This document shows, one piece after another, positions 1 to 8,963 of a stretch of DNA of 64,000 nucleotides (its first letter is position 1; the number at the start of each line of letters is the position of its first letter). This stretch comes from an uncultured Cryomorphaceae bacterium. Lineage in GTDB: Bacteria > Bacteroidota > Bacteroidia > Flavobacteriales > UBA7430. Location of the stretch: the NCBI GenBank assembly GCA_964516765.1, contig CAZEWZ010000002.1, positions 45,801 through 109,800 of the forward strand, in the 5' to 3' direction. The notes below the pieces were generated by a model. It was not told the DNA's origin. It was given only the letters and a program-made list of their open reading frames with translations, and did not search any database. Both the position numbers and the translations under genes were made by a program.

Positions 1-1577
1 TCGTCCATCATTTGTTGTTTAGTCGTAATCTGTCTTTCTTCTGGAAGGTACCAAGCAGCACCTAAAGATTTACCCCTTGGAACAATTGTCACCTTTATTA
101 AAGGAGCTGCATATTCTAACATCCAACTAACTGTAGCATGGCCAGCTTCATGAAAAGCAATAACCTCACGTTCTTTTTTTGAAATTATTTTATTCTTTTT
201 TTCTAGACCACCAATGATTCGATCTACCGCATCTAAGAAATCTTGTTTCTCTACAAAGTTTTTTTCTTTTCTCGCAGCAATTAATGCAGCTTCATTACAC
301 ATATTCGCAATGTCAGCACCAGAAAACCCAGGAGTTTGTTTTGCTAGAAAGTTTATATTTAGTTTTTCATCAACTTTTAGTGGTTTTAGGTGAACTTCAA
401 AAATTTCTTTACGTTCATTTAATTCTGGCAAATCAACATAAATTTGTCGATCAAACCTTCCTGCTCTTACCAGAGCTCTGTCTAAAATATCAGCTCTATT
501 GGTAGCAGCAACAACAATGACATGATCGTCTGTTCCAAAACCATCCATTTCAGTGAGAAGTTGATTCAATGTATTTTCTCTCTCATCGTTTGAACCTGTC
601 ATTTGATTTTTCCCTCTTGCTCGGCCAATGGCATCTATTTCGTCAATAAATATGATAGCAGGAGATTTATCTTTGGCTTTTTTAAATAAGTCCCTTACCC
701 TAGATGCCCCAACGCCTACAAACATTTCGACAAAGTCAGATCCAGATAAAGAAAAGAATGGAACCTGAGCTTCTCCAGCTACTGCTTTTGCCAAAAGTGT
801 TTTTCCAGTTCCTGGAGGGCCAACCAGAAGTGCTCCTCGTGGAATTTTCCCACCAAGTTTAGTATACTTTTCAGGGCTTTTAAGGAAATCAACGATTTCT
901 TGAACTTCTTCTTTTGCTCCTTCTAGTCCAGCTACATCATTGAAAGTAGTTTTTACATCTGATTCTTTGTCGTACAACTGCGCTTGTGACTTTCCGATAT
1001 TGAAAATTTGAGAACCAGGACCTCCTCCAGAGCCACCACTCATTCTCTTCATAAAGAAAAGCCAAATTAAGATGAGGAATACAAAAGGTAACCAAGCCCA
1101 AATGCTATCCCAGATACTTTGTTCATTGTTATAAAATATTTGAACGGTTTCACTATCAGAAAATTGCCATTCTTTTTGGGCATCATCTAATTTGTTTTCA
1201 AAAACTTCTGAGGTTCCAATTTTTATAAAATAATGAGGGCCTCGGTTTACACCATCTCCAAAAAGTGGATTCTTTACCGCTTCGTGTCTTCTTTCATTTA
1301 ATGCAGATTCTTTTATATATATTTTTGCGATGTTTTTATTTTGAATAATTTCAATTTTTTCAACATCTCTATTCTTAATGTATTCATTGATAAGGGTTTG
1401 ACGATTAGTTTCCATTGTAAGAGAACCTAATTCATTTGTAAAAAGCATCGAAATCATTATGAATGCAATGATTCCATAAATCCAGTAGAAATTGAATTTT
1501 GGTAATTGATTTTTTTTCTTTAGAATCTTTTTCCTCTTTTTCGCAGGAATTTTTTTGATAGTTTTCTTTTTGGTCAT
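1..1577 (-). CDS. ftsH: ATP-dependent zinc metalloprotease FtsH (N-terminal about 525 codons; C-terminus lies off the left edge)
   Basis: Not in the ORF track because it runs off the window. Minus-strand ATG at 1575-1577 (ATGACCAAAAAG). In frame with it are Walker [10 protein letters not shown] (about 797-824) and the zinc motif HEAGHA (135-152). The spacing between the two motifs (about 223 codons) matches FtsH. A hydrophobic N-terminal segment lies near 1440-1500. Confidence 0.9.
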   Translation of the reverse strand, partial: MTKKKTIKKIPAKKRKKILKKKNQLPKFNFYWIYGIIAFIMISMLFTNELGSLTMETNRQTLINEYIKNRDVEKIEIIQNKNIAKIYIKESALNERRHEAVKNPLFGDGVNRGPHYFIKIGTSEVFENKLDDAQKEWQFSDSETVQIFYNNEQSIWDSIWAWLPFVFLILIWLFFMKRMSGGSGGGPGSQIFNIGKSQAQLYDKESDVKTTFNDVAGLEGAKEEVQEIVDFLKSPEKYTKLGGKIPRGALLVGPPGTGKTLLAKAVAGEAQVPFFSLSGSDFVEMFVGVGASRVRDLFKKAKDKSPAIIFIDEIDAIGRARGKNQMTGSNDERENTLNQLLTEMDGFGTDDHVIVVAATNRADILDRALVRAGRFDRQIYVDLPELNERKEIFEVHLKPLKVDEKLNINFLAKQTPGFSGADIANMCNEAALIAARKEKNFVEKQDFLDAVDRIIGGLEKKNKIISKKEREVIAFHEAGHATVSWMLEYAAPLIKVTIVPRGKSLGAAWYLPEERQITTKQQMMD

Positions 1578-1578
1578 A

Positions 1579-1953
1579 TTAATGTGAAGCTTTTATTTCT
1601 GTTATTTTTGCATCTGCCCAGAGATCTTCTAGGGCATAAAATTCTCTCACTGATGTTTGAAATATGTGCGCCACGACATTCACGTAATCCATTAAAATCC
1701 ATTCTGATGATTCTGTTCCCTCTTTGTGCCAGGCTTTATCGTTCAAAGTTTCTAGTGTTTCTTTTTGAATTGAGTTTGCTATTGCATTTACTTGGGTATT
1801 TGAATTTGCGTTGCTAACTACAAAATAATCGCATACAGAATTGTCAATATCTCTTAAGTCAATAATTGTAATCCTTTCAGCTTTTTTCTCTTGCATTCCT
1901 TTGACAATTACATCAAGTAGAGCTTTTATTTCCAAACTTTTATTTTTATTCAT
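1579..1953 (-). CDS. rsfS: ribosome silencing factor RsfS (iojap family)
   Basis: 124 aa. The size and the central pattern DYFVV...N..Q..AI are typical of RsfS. The stop codon lies 1 nt before the ftsH ATG, a common rsfS-ftsH pairing in Bacteroidota. Confidence 0.8.
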   Translation of the reverse strand: MNKNKSLEIKALLDVIVKGMQEKKAERITIIDLRDIDNSVCDYFVVSNANSNTQVNAIANSIQKETLETLNDKAWHKEGTESSEWILMDYVNVVAHIFQTSVREFYALEDLWADAKITEIKASH

Positions 1954-2054
1954 TCAGAATCTTCTAAATTAATGGTAAAAATAATGCTTTTAGACGAATT
2001 AAAATTCCTCCAAAGGCAGTAAATTCACATAATAATTATTATTTGTAGCTTTTG

Positions 2055-2813
2055 ATGGACACACTAAATTTAGATACCCTTTTTATTGGTAAAAACCGTT
2101 TTAATTTTGAAGAAATAGACTCAACAAATGAGTGGCTTATTATTCAAAATTCATTAAAAAAAATCCCAGATGGAACTATTGTTGTTGCAAATAATCAAAT
2201 CAAAGGGAAAGGGCAGAGAGGTAGTCAATGGATTTCAGAAGTTAACAATTCTCTGACCTTTAGCATTCTTTTGAGGCCACGATTTATTCTACCCTCTCAA
2301 ACTTTTGACATAAGTGTCTGTATAGCCTTGGCTATTCATAATTGTCTTGATGAATTGTGTTTTGGCTTTTCGATTAAGTGGCCTAATGATATTTTCTTTG
2401 AGGATAAAAAAATTGCTGGGGTTCTTATTGAAAATCAATTTCGAAAGGGTGAGTATCAAAATGCAATTATAGGTGTTGGCTTAAATGTCAATCAAAACAA
2501 TTTTAATGACTTACCCAATGCTATCTCTTTAAAACAGATTTTAGGATTAAGTTTTCCCATAGAAAAAGTGATGTATAGAATTTGTGAATTATTAGAAGGT
2601 TTTTATTTACAGCTTAGAGCTGGTAACTTTAATACTTTGAAGTCAAAATATATATCCTGTCTATATGGCTATAATAAATGGCGTCTTTTTAAAACAAAAG
2701 AAGATATCTTTCAAGGAAAAATTGTGGACATACATAGAAATGGATATATTCAGTTAAAACTTCTAAATGGTGATTTTCAAGATTTTGAGATAAAACAGTT
2801 GAAATTTATCTAA
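2055..2813 (+). CDS. birA: biotin--[acetyl-CoA-carboxylase] ligase (BirA, no HTH domain)
   Basis: Carries the GKGQRGSQW motif (GRGRxGRxW-type biotin/ATP loop) and KWPND. Length is about 252 aa. I start at the ATG at 2055 rather than the TTG at 2052 used by the track. Confidence 0.85.
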   Translation: MDTLNLDTLFIGKNRFNFEEIDSTNEWLIIQNSLKKIPDGTIVVANNQIKGKGQRGSQWISEVNNSLTFSILLRPRFILPSQTFDISVCIALAIHNCLDELCFGFSIKWPNDIFFEDKKIAGVLIENQFRKGEYQNAIIGVGLNVNQNNFNDLPNAISLKQILGLSFPIEKVMYRICELLEGFYLQLRAGNFNTLKSKYISCLYGYNKWRLFKTKEDIFQGKIVDIHRNGYIQLKLLNGDFQDFEIKQLKFI

Positions 2814-2842
2814 GCTTATATTTTCTTTTGTCTTGATATTGA

Positions 2843-4129
2843 CTAAATCGACTCTAGACCCTTCTTATAGGTTTCCAGTGCTCTAAATCTTGCGAACTTG
2901 TGCTCCACTATGGGATTGCTGTATTTTTTAGTTCCATATTCGGGAATCCATTTTTTTATGTATTGTTCAGATTTGTCAAATTTCTTTAATTGTTCATGCG
3001 GATTGAATATTCTAAAGTATGGGGCAGAATCACAACCAGTTCCTGCTGCCCATTGCCAGTTTCCATTGTTTGACGATAATTCAAAATCCAATAACTTTTT
3101 TGCAAAATAAGCTTCTCCCCAACGCCAATCTATCAGTAAATGTTTGCAAAGAAACCCCGCCGTAATCATACGAACTCTGTTGTGCATGTAACCTGTACTG
3201 TTTAATTGTCTCATTCCGGCGTCTACCATTGGGTAACCTGTTTTTCCCTCACACCAATTATTGAAGTCTTCCTTGTCATTTATCCATTGTATTGGATCAT
3301 ACTTTCTTTTGAAATTTGAGTTTATTACTTTAGGGAAATTATAGAGTATTTGCATGAAAAACTCTCTCCATATTAATTCACTTATAAATGTCTCATTTGA
3401 ATTTTTTAGATTGAATAAAAGTTCTCTAACTCCAATGGTTCCAAATCTAAGATGCGGACTAAGGTAACTTGTTGAATCAAGATGAGGGAAGTTCCTAGTT
3501 TGATCATAATTTCCAATCTCACTTAAATTGTATTCACGAACAGTAATATTAGAATTCTGAATATTTAACTCATCTTTTGATGGGAATTCTAAATTTGTTT
3601 GGAAGAAGTTTTCAAAAGAAATTTTAGGCATGGGAATTGCCTGTGAATAGGATTCCAGCCATTTGTTTTTGTAAGGAGTGAATACAGTATAAGGTTTTCC
3701 GTCTGCTTTAGTAATGTCCAATTCCTCGTGAATGACTTGATCCTTATAGGCCATAACATCGATTTCCTTATTATTAAGTAGTTCAATTATTTCATGGTCT
3801 CTTTTTCTTGCGTAGGGTTCATAATCTTTGTTTATGAATACTTTTTCTATTTCATATGTTTCCAATATTTTTTTCCAGACGTTCAAGGGATTACCTTTTA
3901 AACACATTAAAGACGCCCTATTTTCTTTAAGTTTTTTATTTATTTGGTAAACCTGGTCATAAATGAAATTTACTCGAGCGTCATCTCTTGGAAGCTCTTC
4001 AATAATATCTTGATCAAATATGAAGATAGGTAAAACCGGATATCTGTCATTAAGGGCTTCGGTGAGTCCTACATTATCTTGGAGTCTTAAATCTCTTCTG
4101 AACCAGAATATAGATATTTTTTTATGCAT
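2843..4129 (-). CDS. cryptochrome/photolyase family flavoprotein (class I CPD photolyase or Cry-DASH type)
   Basis: The N-terminus is FWFRRDLRLxDN. The C-terminal FAD-binding block is TGYPMVDAGMRQL..GYMHNRVRMI.A.FL.K.L..DWR.G..YF...L.D......NNGNWQWAAGTG.D..PYFRIFNP. Confidence 0.9.
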   Translation of the reverse strand: MHKKISIFWFRRDLRLQDNVGLTEALNDRYPVLPIFIFDQDIIEELPRDDARVNFIYDQVYQINKKLKENRASLMCLKGNPLNVWKKILETYEIEKVFINKDYEPYARKRDHEIIELLNNKEIDVMAYKDQVIHEELDITKADGKPYTVFTPYKNKWLESYSQAIPMPKISFENFFQTNLEFPSKDELNIQNSNITVREYNLSEIGNYDQTRNFPHLDSTSYLSPHLRFGTIGVRELLFNLKNSNETFISELIWREFFMQILYNFPKVINSNFKRKYDPIQWINDKEDFNNWCEGKTGYPMVDAGMRQLNSTGYMHNRVRMITAGFLCKHLLIDWRWGEAYFAKKLLDFELSSNNGNWQWAAGTGCDSAPYFRIFNPHEQLKKFDKSEQYIKKWIPEYGTKKYSNPIVEHKFARFRALETYKKGLESI

Positions 4130-5545
4130 TTAGCTAATAAGTTTTTTTAACATTCCTTTAAATATATAGCCATGAAATGGTAATACGGATATCCAATATA
4201 ATCTTCCTAGAATTCCCAAAGGCCTGAAAGTAGCAGTCTGAACTAGATTTCCTGATTCAATCTTAAATTCTAACCATGCTTCTCCTGGTAATTTCATTTC
4301 TGCAAAGAGTAAAAGTCGACCCTCTTTTTTGTTTGCATATAATACTCTCCAAAAATCTAGAGCATCTCCCACATTCAAAGAATCTATATTTGTCCGACCT
4401 CGACGAAGTCCAACTCCTCCGAACAGTTTATCTAAAAACCCTCGAAATCTCCATAGCCAATTCCCGTAATACCATCCTTTCCCCCCCCCAATTCTCCATA
4501 TTTTATTGATACATTCTTCTCTGTTTTCAAATGAATGTACCCTTTGGTCCTTAAAACATCCAAATGTAGGTACTCGAATAAAATCTGAAATATTTATGTT
4601 CATTCCGCTACTTGCATATGCATCTTTCCAGCTAGAAATAATTTCGTTGTTTTCAATTTTACTAAAAGCATTTTTTAAAGCTTTTTTGTATGTTATTGGT
4701 TTGTGACTAATTATTTTAAGTAATTCATTATTCCTGCAAACTACATCAACTTTCATGCTATTTACAAGGGCAACTGCAAGCTTATATGAAGTAGAGGTAA
4801 CAAAATACAACCAGTATGAAGATAAGCGTGGTGTCATAACTGGTACAATCACGATAGATCGTTTCAGGTTTCTTTGACGTGCAAATTCCAAAAGCATTTC
4901 TTTGTAGGAGAGAATATCGGGGCCACCTATGTCAAAGTCTTTATTGTATGTATCTGTATTTAGTACAGATTTAGATAAAAGAGTAATAACATCTGCTATT
5001 GCGATTGGTTGACACCTAGTCAAAAGCCATTTTGGTGTAACCATTAGTGGAAGTTTTTCGACCAAATCACGCATGATTTCAAATGATGCACTACCTGATC
5101 CAACAATTATTCCAGCTCGAAGAGCAGTAAGAGGATATTTTCCTTTTTCGAGTTCTAATTCTACATTTTTTCTTGAGATTAGATGTTTTGAAAGAATAGC
5201 TTCGTTGATTATCCCACTCAAATAAATCACTTGCTTTACTTTTGTTTTCTCAATAGTTTTTCTAAAGTTACTAGCACATTTCAATTCTAATTCTTGATAG
5301 CTGGCAGATTCTGACATGGAATGGACCAGATAGAAGGCTACATCAATATCTTGAGGTATAGATTTTAGACTTTCCTCATTCAATAAGTCTACTTGAATGA
5401 CTTCTAATTTCTCTTTTAATGATTCTGGTGGGGAGTACCTGTTTATATCCCGAACACAACACACCACTTCATGGCCCATTTCTACCAGGATAGGCAAAAG
5501 TCTTTTCCCAATATAACCGGTTGCCCCTGTAAGAAGTAATTTCAT
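4130..5545 (-). CDS. NAD(P)-binding atypical SDR fused to a DUF2867-type C-terminal domain
   Basis: N-terminal Rossmann motif LLTGATGYIGKRL. The C-terminal block GWYYGNWLWRFRGFLDKLFGGVGLRRGR...GDALDFWRV matches what I recall for DUF2867. The stop TAA (4130-4132) directly abuts the photolyase ATG. Confidence 0.75.
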   Translation of the reverse strand: MKLLLTGATGYIGKRLLPILVEMGHEVVCCVRDINRYSPPESLKEKLEVIQVDLLNEESLKSIPQDIDVAFYLVHSMSESASYQELELKCASNFRKTIEKTKVKQVIYLSGIINEAILSKHLISRKNVELELEKGKYPLTALRAGIIVGSGSASFEIMRDLVEKLPLMVTPKWLLTRCQPIAIADVITLLSKSVLNTDTYNKDFDIGGPDILSYKEMLLEFARQRNLKRSIVIVPVMTPRLSSYWLYFVTSTSYKLAVALVNSMKVDVVCRNNELLKIISHKPITYKKALKNAFSKIENNEIISSWKDAYASSGMNINISDFIRVPTFGCFKDQRVHSFENREECINKIWRIGGGKGWYYGNWLWRFRGFLDKLFGGVGLRRGRTNIDSLNVGDALDFWRVLYANKKEGRLLLFAEMKLPGEAWLEFKIESGNLVQTATFRPLGILGRLYWISVLPFHGYIFKGMLKKLIS

Positions 5546-5604
5546 TTAAATGGTATTAACGATTCGAATAATATATAATTGAGTGAATATCTTATTCTAT
5601 TGGT

Positions 5605-6030
5605 TTAGATCTCAGCTATAGGGTTAGTATCTTCGGGGAAAGTTCTGTATTTAGAATAATTTTTCAGGAACCTCATATGTTCTCTGGGACTCATTATTTC
5701 TGTCTTTATTGCAATACCATTGATTTGTAATTCAAAATGAGATTCACTAGTTTGAAATGTAATTTGATTAAATCTTCCCACCAATGCATATTCTTCATTT
5801 ACAATTCGAAAATACATTGCGAGTCCACTTTTTTTTATTTCGAAATTGCATGAAATAATATCATTATTTTTTTTTACGCCAATATTTTCGGGATAAATAT
5901 CGATGATTTTGTACTTGGGCGATCCGTAAATCCCTAGAGATATTTTTTCAATTATTCCATATGATTTTCCAGTAATCTTTTCGATTTCAAGTTCTTTTTC
6001 TTTTTTGTCGATACTAGTTTTGAAAATCAT
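5605..6030 (-). CDS. hypothetical protein, 141 aa, no recognisable motif
   Basis: Clean ORF in the same orientation as its neighbours, with 39-nt and 59-nt gaps. It has no signal peptide, no TM segment and no motif I can name. Confidence 0.45.
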   Translation of the reverse strand: MIFKTSIDKKEKELEIEKITGKSYGIIEKISLGIYGSPKYKIIDIYPENIGVKKNNDIISCNFEIKKSGLAMYFRIVNEEYALVGRFNQITFQTSESHFELQINGIAIKTEIMSPREHMRFLKNYSKYRTFPEDTNPIAEI

Positions 6031-6069
6031 AATTTTTGTTTTATGGAGTATTCTATTTGAGAGAAAACT

Positions 6070-6966
6070 CTAATGATTAAAATTATACATAACCATCGTA
6101 TGAGGAAGAGTAATGACAGAAATAACAACTAATGAGACTAATGGAATTGAAATCGGAATAATATTGTAGTAGGAAAGCCCAATCAGTAAGAAAGACATTG
6201 TGATACTAAGGATAGAGTAGGGAAACATTAATTTCATAAGCTTAACTACACTGAAATTTTCTTTTAGATTTTTGAAGAAAGAGAATTGATGTACAATAGA
6301 TGGCAAAGAATGTAATACTATAAAGTATAGAGTAAAACAAATAATAAATGGGAATAAGAACGCAGTCAAATGAATAATAGCTAGAAAGAATAGTTCAGAT
6401 AAAAATTTTTGGTATAATAAGTAGCCCTTAAAGTACATTAAGCTGAACGAAACAACACTTAAGATATTAGATATTAAAAATATTGGTTTAATAATTTTAT
6501 GTTCATATAATTCTAGGAAAATACGTGTATCTTCATAGGACACCGTCATCCGACTTAACTCAGAAATATTATAAAAAATAAGTGTAAATAAAATACTCAA
6601 TCCCCAGTTGAGGTAAATAATTTTTTGAATTTTTCTTTTTTTGACAAAGAAAGTGTGAAGTTGAGTTTCTCCAAAATGAAAAGCCGAAACCAAAATAAAT
6701 AATATGAGACCCATACTAGGAGAGAATACCCATACCAAAAGATATAGTATTATTGAACCTAAATAGTAAAGGTAAAATTTGACTTTATTCGTTTCTTGTT
6801 TTTTGAAAGTAAGAAGGTGATCTAAGGTTCCATGAGGTATACCAATGGCTAATAATAATAGTGAGCTTCCCATGATTTGGAAGTCCATTGGAATGTCGCT
6901 ATATGCATGAAATATAATCGATATAGCATAAGAGCAAACAATATATATGAAGACGTATATATTCAT
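6070..6966 (-). CDS. blh: Brp/Blh family beta-carotene 15,15'-dioxygenase (retinal synthesis)
   Basis: 298-aa polytopic membrane protein with conserved His clusters (GIPHGTLDH, AFHFGETQ, HLTAF, VLHSLPS). It lies immediately downstream of the rhodopsin gene, the established PR-blh arrangement. Confidence 0.8.
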   Translation of the reverse strand: MNIYVFIYIVCSYAISIIFHAYSDIPMDFQIMGSSLLLLAIGIPHGTLDHLLTFKKQETNKVKFYLYYLGSIILYLLVWVFSPSMGLILFILVSAFHFGETQLHTFFVKKRKIQKIIYLNWGLSILFTLIFYNISELSRMTVSYEDTRIFLELYEHKIIKPIFLISNILSVVSFSLMYFKGYLLYQKFLSELFFLAIIHLTAFLFPFIICFTLYFIVLHSLPSIVHQFSFFKNLKENFSVVKLMKLMFPYSILSITMSFLLIGLSYYNIIPISIPLVSLVVISVITLPHTMVMYNFNH

Positions 6967-6975
6967 TAAAAAATA

Positions 6976-7008
6976 AAAGCAAGAGCAGGTATTTCCTACT
7001 CTTGCTTT
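6976..7008 (-). terminator. intrinsic terminator downstream of the proteorhodopsin gene
   Basis: 10-bp perfect stem: AAAGCAAGAG (6976-6985) pairs with CTCTTGCTTT (6999-7008). The loop is 13 nt with extra internal pairing. On the minus strand the stem is followed by TATTTTTTAA, which runs straight into the blh ATG at 6964-6966. Confidence 0.7.
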
Positions 7009-7026
7009 ATTAAGATAAACTAATAA

Positions 7027-7758
7027 TTATTTTGATTCGGTAACAGCGATATTATAAACCACTAGACCAAAACCTATTTTATTGATTGCATCAGCGATGT
7101 TGTACCATAAATCTACATTAGTAGAACTCCAACCTAAAGCAGTGTTTAACCATCCACCGTCCATACACATGTAACCAATTGGGTATATAGCCCAACCTAC
7201 AAGTACAAACCATGCAAGAGTTCTCACTCCTCTTTTAACAGCAACTGAATCACTTTTTTCAGCTAATTGAGCCACTTCACCTAACCATGCAGTGTAAAGT
7301 ACATAAATGTAACCTAAGGTAGATAAAACTCCCCAAGTAACAGAGTGTGATGTTGCGGCTGCTCCGCCTGGATTGAATGCTTCACCGATATAACCAGCAA
7401 TTAGCATCCATGCAGAAGCGAAGATTAGTTTCCACAACAAAGATTTTGTCGCACCAGCTGCTCTAGTTAAAAGATAAAATTCAACACACATTAACGGCAC
7501 AGTTAAAATCCAGTCAATGTATCTGTAAGCAGTTGGATTTTCACCTGTTTCCATGTAAAAATCTCTCATGTACAAATAGTGTACTGCAGCAATTCCAGTA
7601 ATTAAAGCAGAAACTAAAAGAGAGAGTTGCCATTTTTTGTCTACTGAACCTCTTTCAACGAAGAAGAATACAGAAGAAGCAAACATAGCCATACATCCAA
7701 TGAAGAATGTAAATGCTACGGGATCATTCTTGATGTCAATAATTGTTGATAGTAACAT
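7027..7758 (-). CDS. proteorhodopsin, proton-pump type (DTE motif), Met at the spectral tuning position
   Basis: 243 aa with 7 TM segments. RYIDWILTVPLMCVEF gives D82 (Schiff-base acceptor), T86 and E93 (donor). M90 aligns with tuning residue 105 of green PR. NIADAINKIGFG supplies the retinal-binding Lys (K227) and its partner Asp (D223). Confidence 0.95.
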   Translation of the reverse strand: MLLSTIIDIKNDPVAFTFFIGCMAMFASSVFFFVERGSVDKKWQLSLLVSALITGIAAVHYLYMRDFYMETGENPTAYRYIDWILTVPLMCVEFYLLTRAAGATKSLLWKLIFASAWMLIAGYIGEAFNPGGAAATSHSVTWGVLSTLGYIYVLYTAWLGEVAQLAEKSDSVAVKRGVRTLAWFVLVGWAIYPIGYMCMDGGWLNTALGWSSTNVDLWYNIADAINKIGFGLVVYNIAVTESK

Positions 7759-7814
7759 AATTTAGAATTTAAGTTAATAAAAAAAAAAGTAATTAATAAA
7801 AATTTTAATAATAT

Positions 7815-8315
7815 TTACTTCACAAATAAATAACCTCTCATCATCTGTGAATGTCCAGGATAACTGCAAAAGAATTCATAATTATTTTTAGCTGGAGCTT
7901 CAAATTCAAGTGTAATTGTTTCTCCTGGTTGAGCTAATTTCGAGGCAGCAATTACATCCTCACTATTTGGAATGTATTGACTTTCTGCTCCAGCCTCAAT
8001 CGACATTTTTGCAAGTTCTTCTCTTTTACCATAATTGATAACCAGCAAGTTGTGTACCATTGCAGCATCTGTACCTTCATTTTTTAAATTAATTCGTACC
8101 CAAGATCCTTCCTTAACTCGAATATTTTTCATGCTGTACATCATATCTTTCATATTATTACCAACTGCACTAATATCAAATTCTTCCCATACTTTTTCAG
8201 AAACAACTTCTTTGATTGGTTTGTTAACTGCCACAAGTGCTGGAGATTCAGATGAACCACAACTTGCGATTAGTAGGGCAAAAAGCATTACGATTGTATT
8301 ATATTTATATATCAT
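7815..8315 (-). CDS. azurin-like type-1 (blue) copper protein, lipoprotein
   Basis: The C-terminal ligand loop FFCSYPGHSQMM matches azurin CTFPGHSALM position for position (Cys, His, Met). The upstream His ligand sits in AMVHNLLV. A lipobox LLIASC follows a short hydrophobic N-terminus. I start at the ATG at 8313-8315 (MIYKYNT...) and drop the 20-codon extension in the track. Confidence 0.85.
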   Translation of the reverse strand: MIYKYNTIVMLFALLIASCGSSESPALVAVNKPIKEVVSEKVWEEFDISAVGNNMKDMMYSMKNIRVKEGSWVRINLKNEGTDAAMVHNLLVINYGKREELAKMSIEAGAESQYIPNSEDVIAASKLAQPGETITLEFEAPAKNNYEFFCSYPGHSQMMRGYLFVK

Positions 8316-8332
8316 TTTATATTTATTTTTGT

Positions 8333-8340
8333 CAAATGTA
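8333..8340 (-). promoter_or_regulatory. candidate Bacteroidota -7 box (TACATTTG) for the azurin-like gene
   Basis: The minus strand reads TACATTTG 17 nt upstream of the ATG at 8315. It matches TAnnTTTG. No well-spaced TTG -33 element is present (TTTT at the expected spacing). Confidence 0.3.
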
Positions 8341-8963
8341 TGTATAACTTCATCAAATAAAAATCTACACGACATTTTTTTTTAAAATTTGACAACAAAA
8401 ATTATAATATTAGCCCTATTTTTTGAAGATAAATCTACGTCATAAACTTAATTTTAATACATTACAAAGCAAATTTTAAATCATTCAAAACTTGGTTTGA
8501 GTAGTAATATTATTAACTATTTTTTTTGAAATGAATATATATCTGCAATATCAAAATTTTTAGTATGGATATGTTAATACTAGCTTAGGGTTTCAAGTGT
8601 TCTATATCTCAGATTATTTCTCAGGGTCCTATTTTATTGCATCAGCAATAATTTTATCAAACATTATGTTTAGTTTACAGTTTATTGGAATATTAAATTT
8701 ATAAAAAATAAATATAAAATAGTTTCTTCAGCTATTCCTGTTTTTAATTACCCTAGTTTGCAACATATTTGTTTATATTTTTACCAAACATTTTAAAATA
8801 AATATTGGAATTTCCAGTTTGATTGTGTCAATATAAATTCTTTTTAAATTTTTTGCTACTGATTCCAATTCATATTAGTATGATAATCTAACTAATTGTT
8901 TAAATTATATTGTAATGTTAATCTTGTAAAGATCCATTTCGTAACTTTATAAATAGTAAAAAG

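Noticed and set aside
7759-7814. An AT-only imperfect hairpin plus T10 between the azurin-like gene and PR, as a terminator.
   Set aside because: The stem would have about 7 A-T pairs with a mismatch and no G-C pair, which is too weak to call. I leave it as an open question under the cupredoxin finding.
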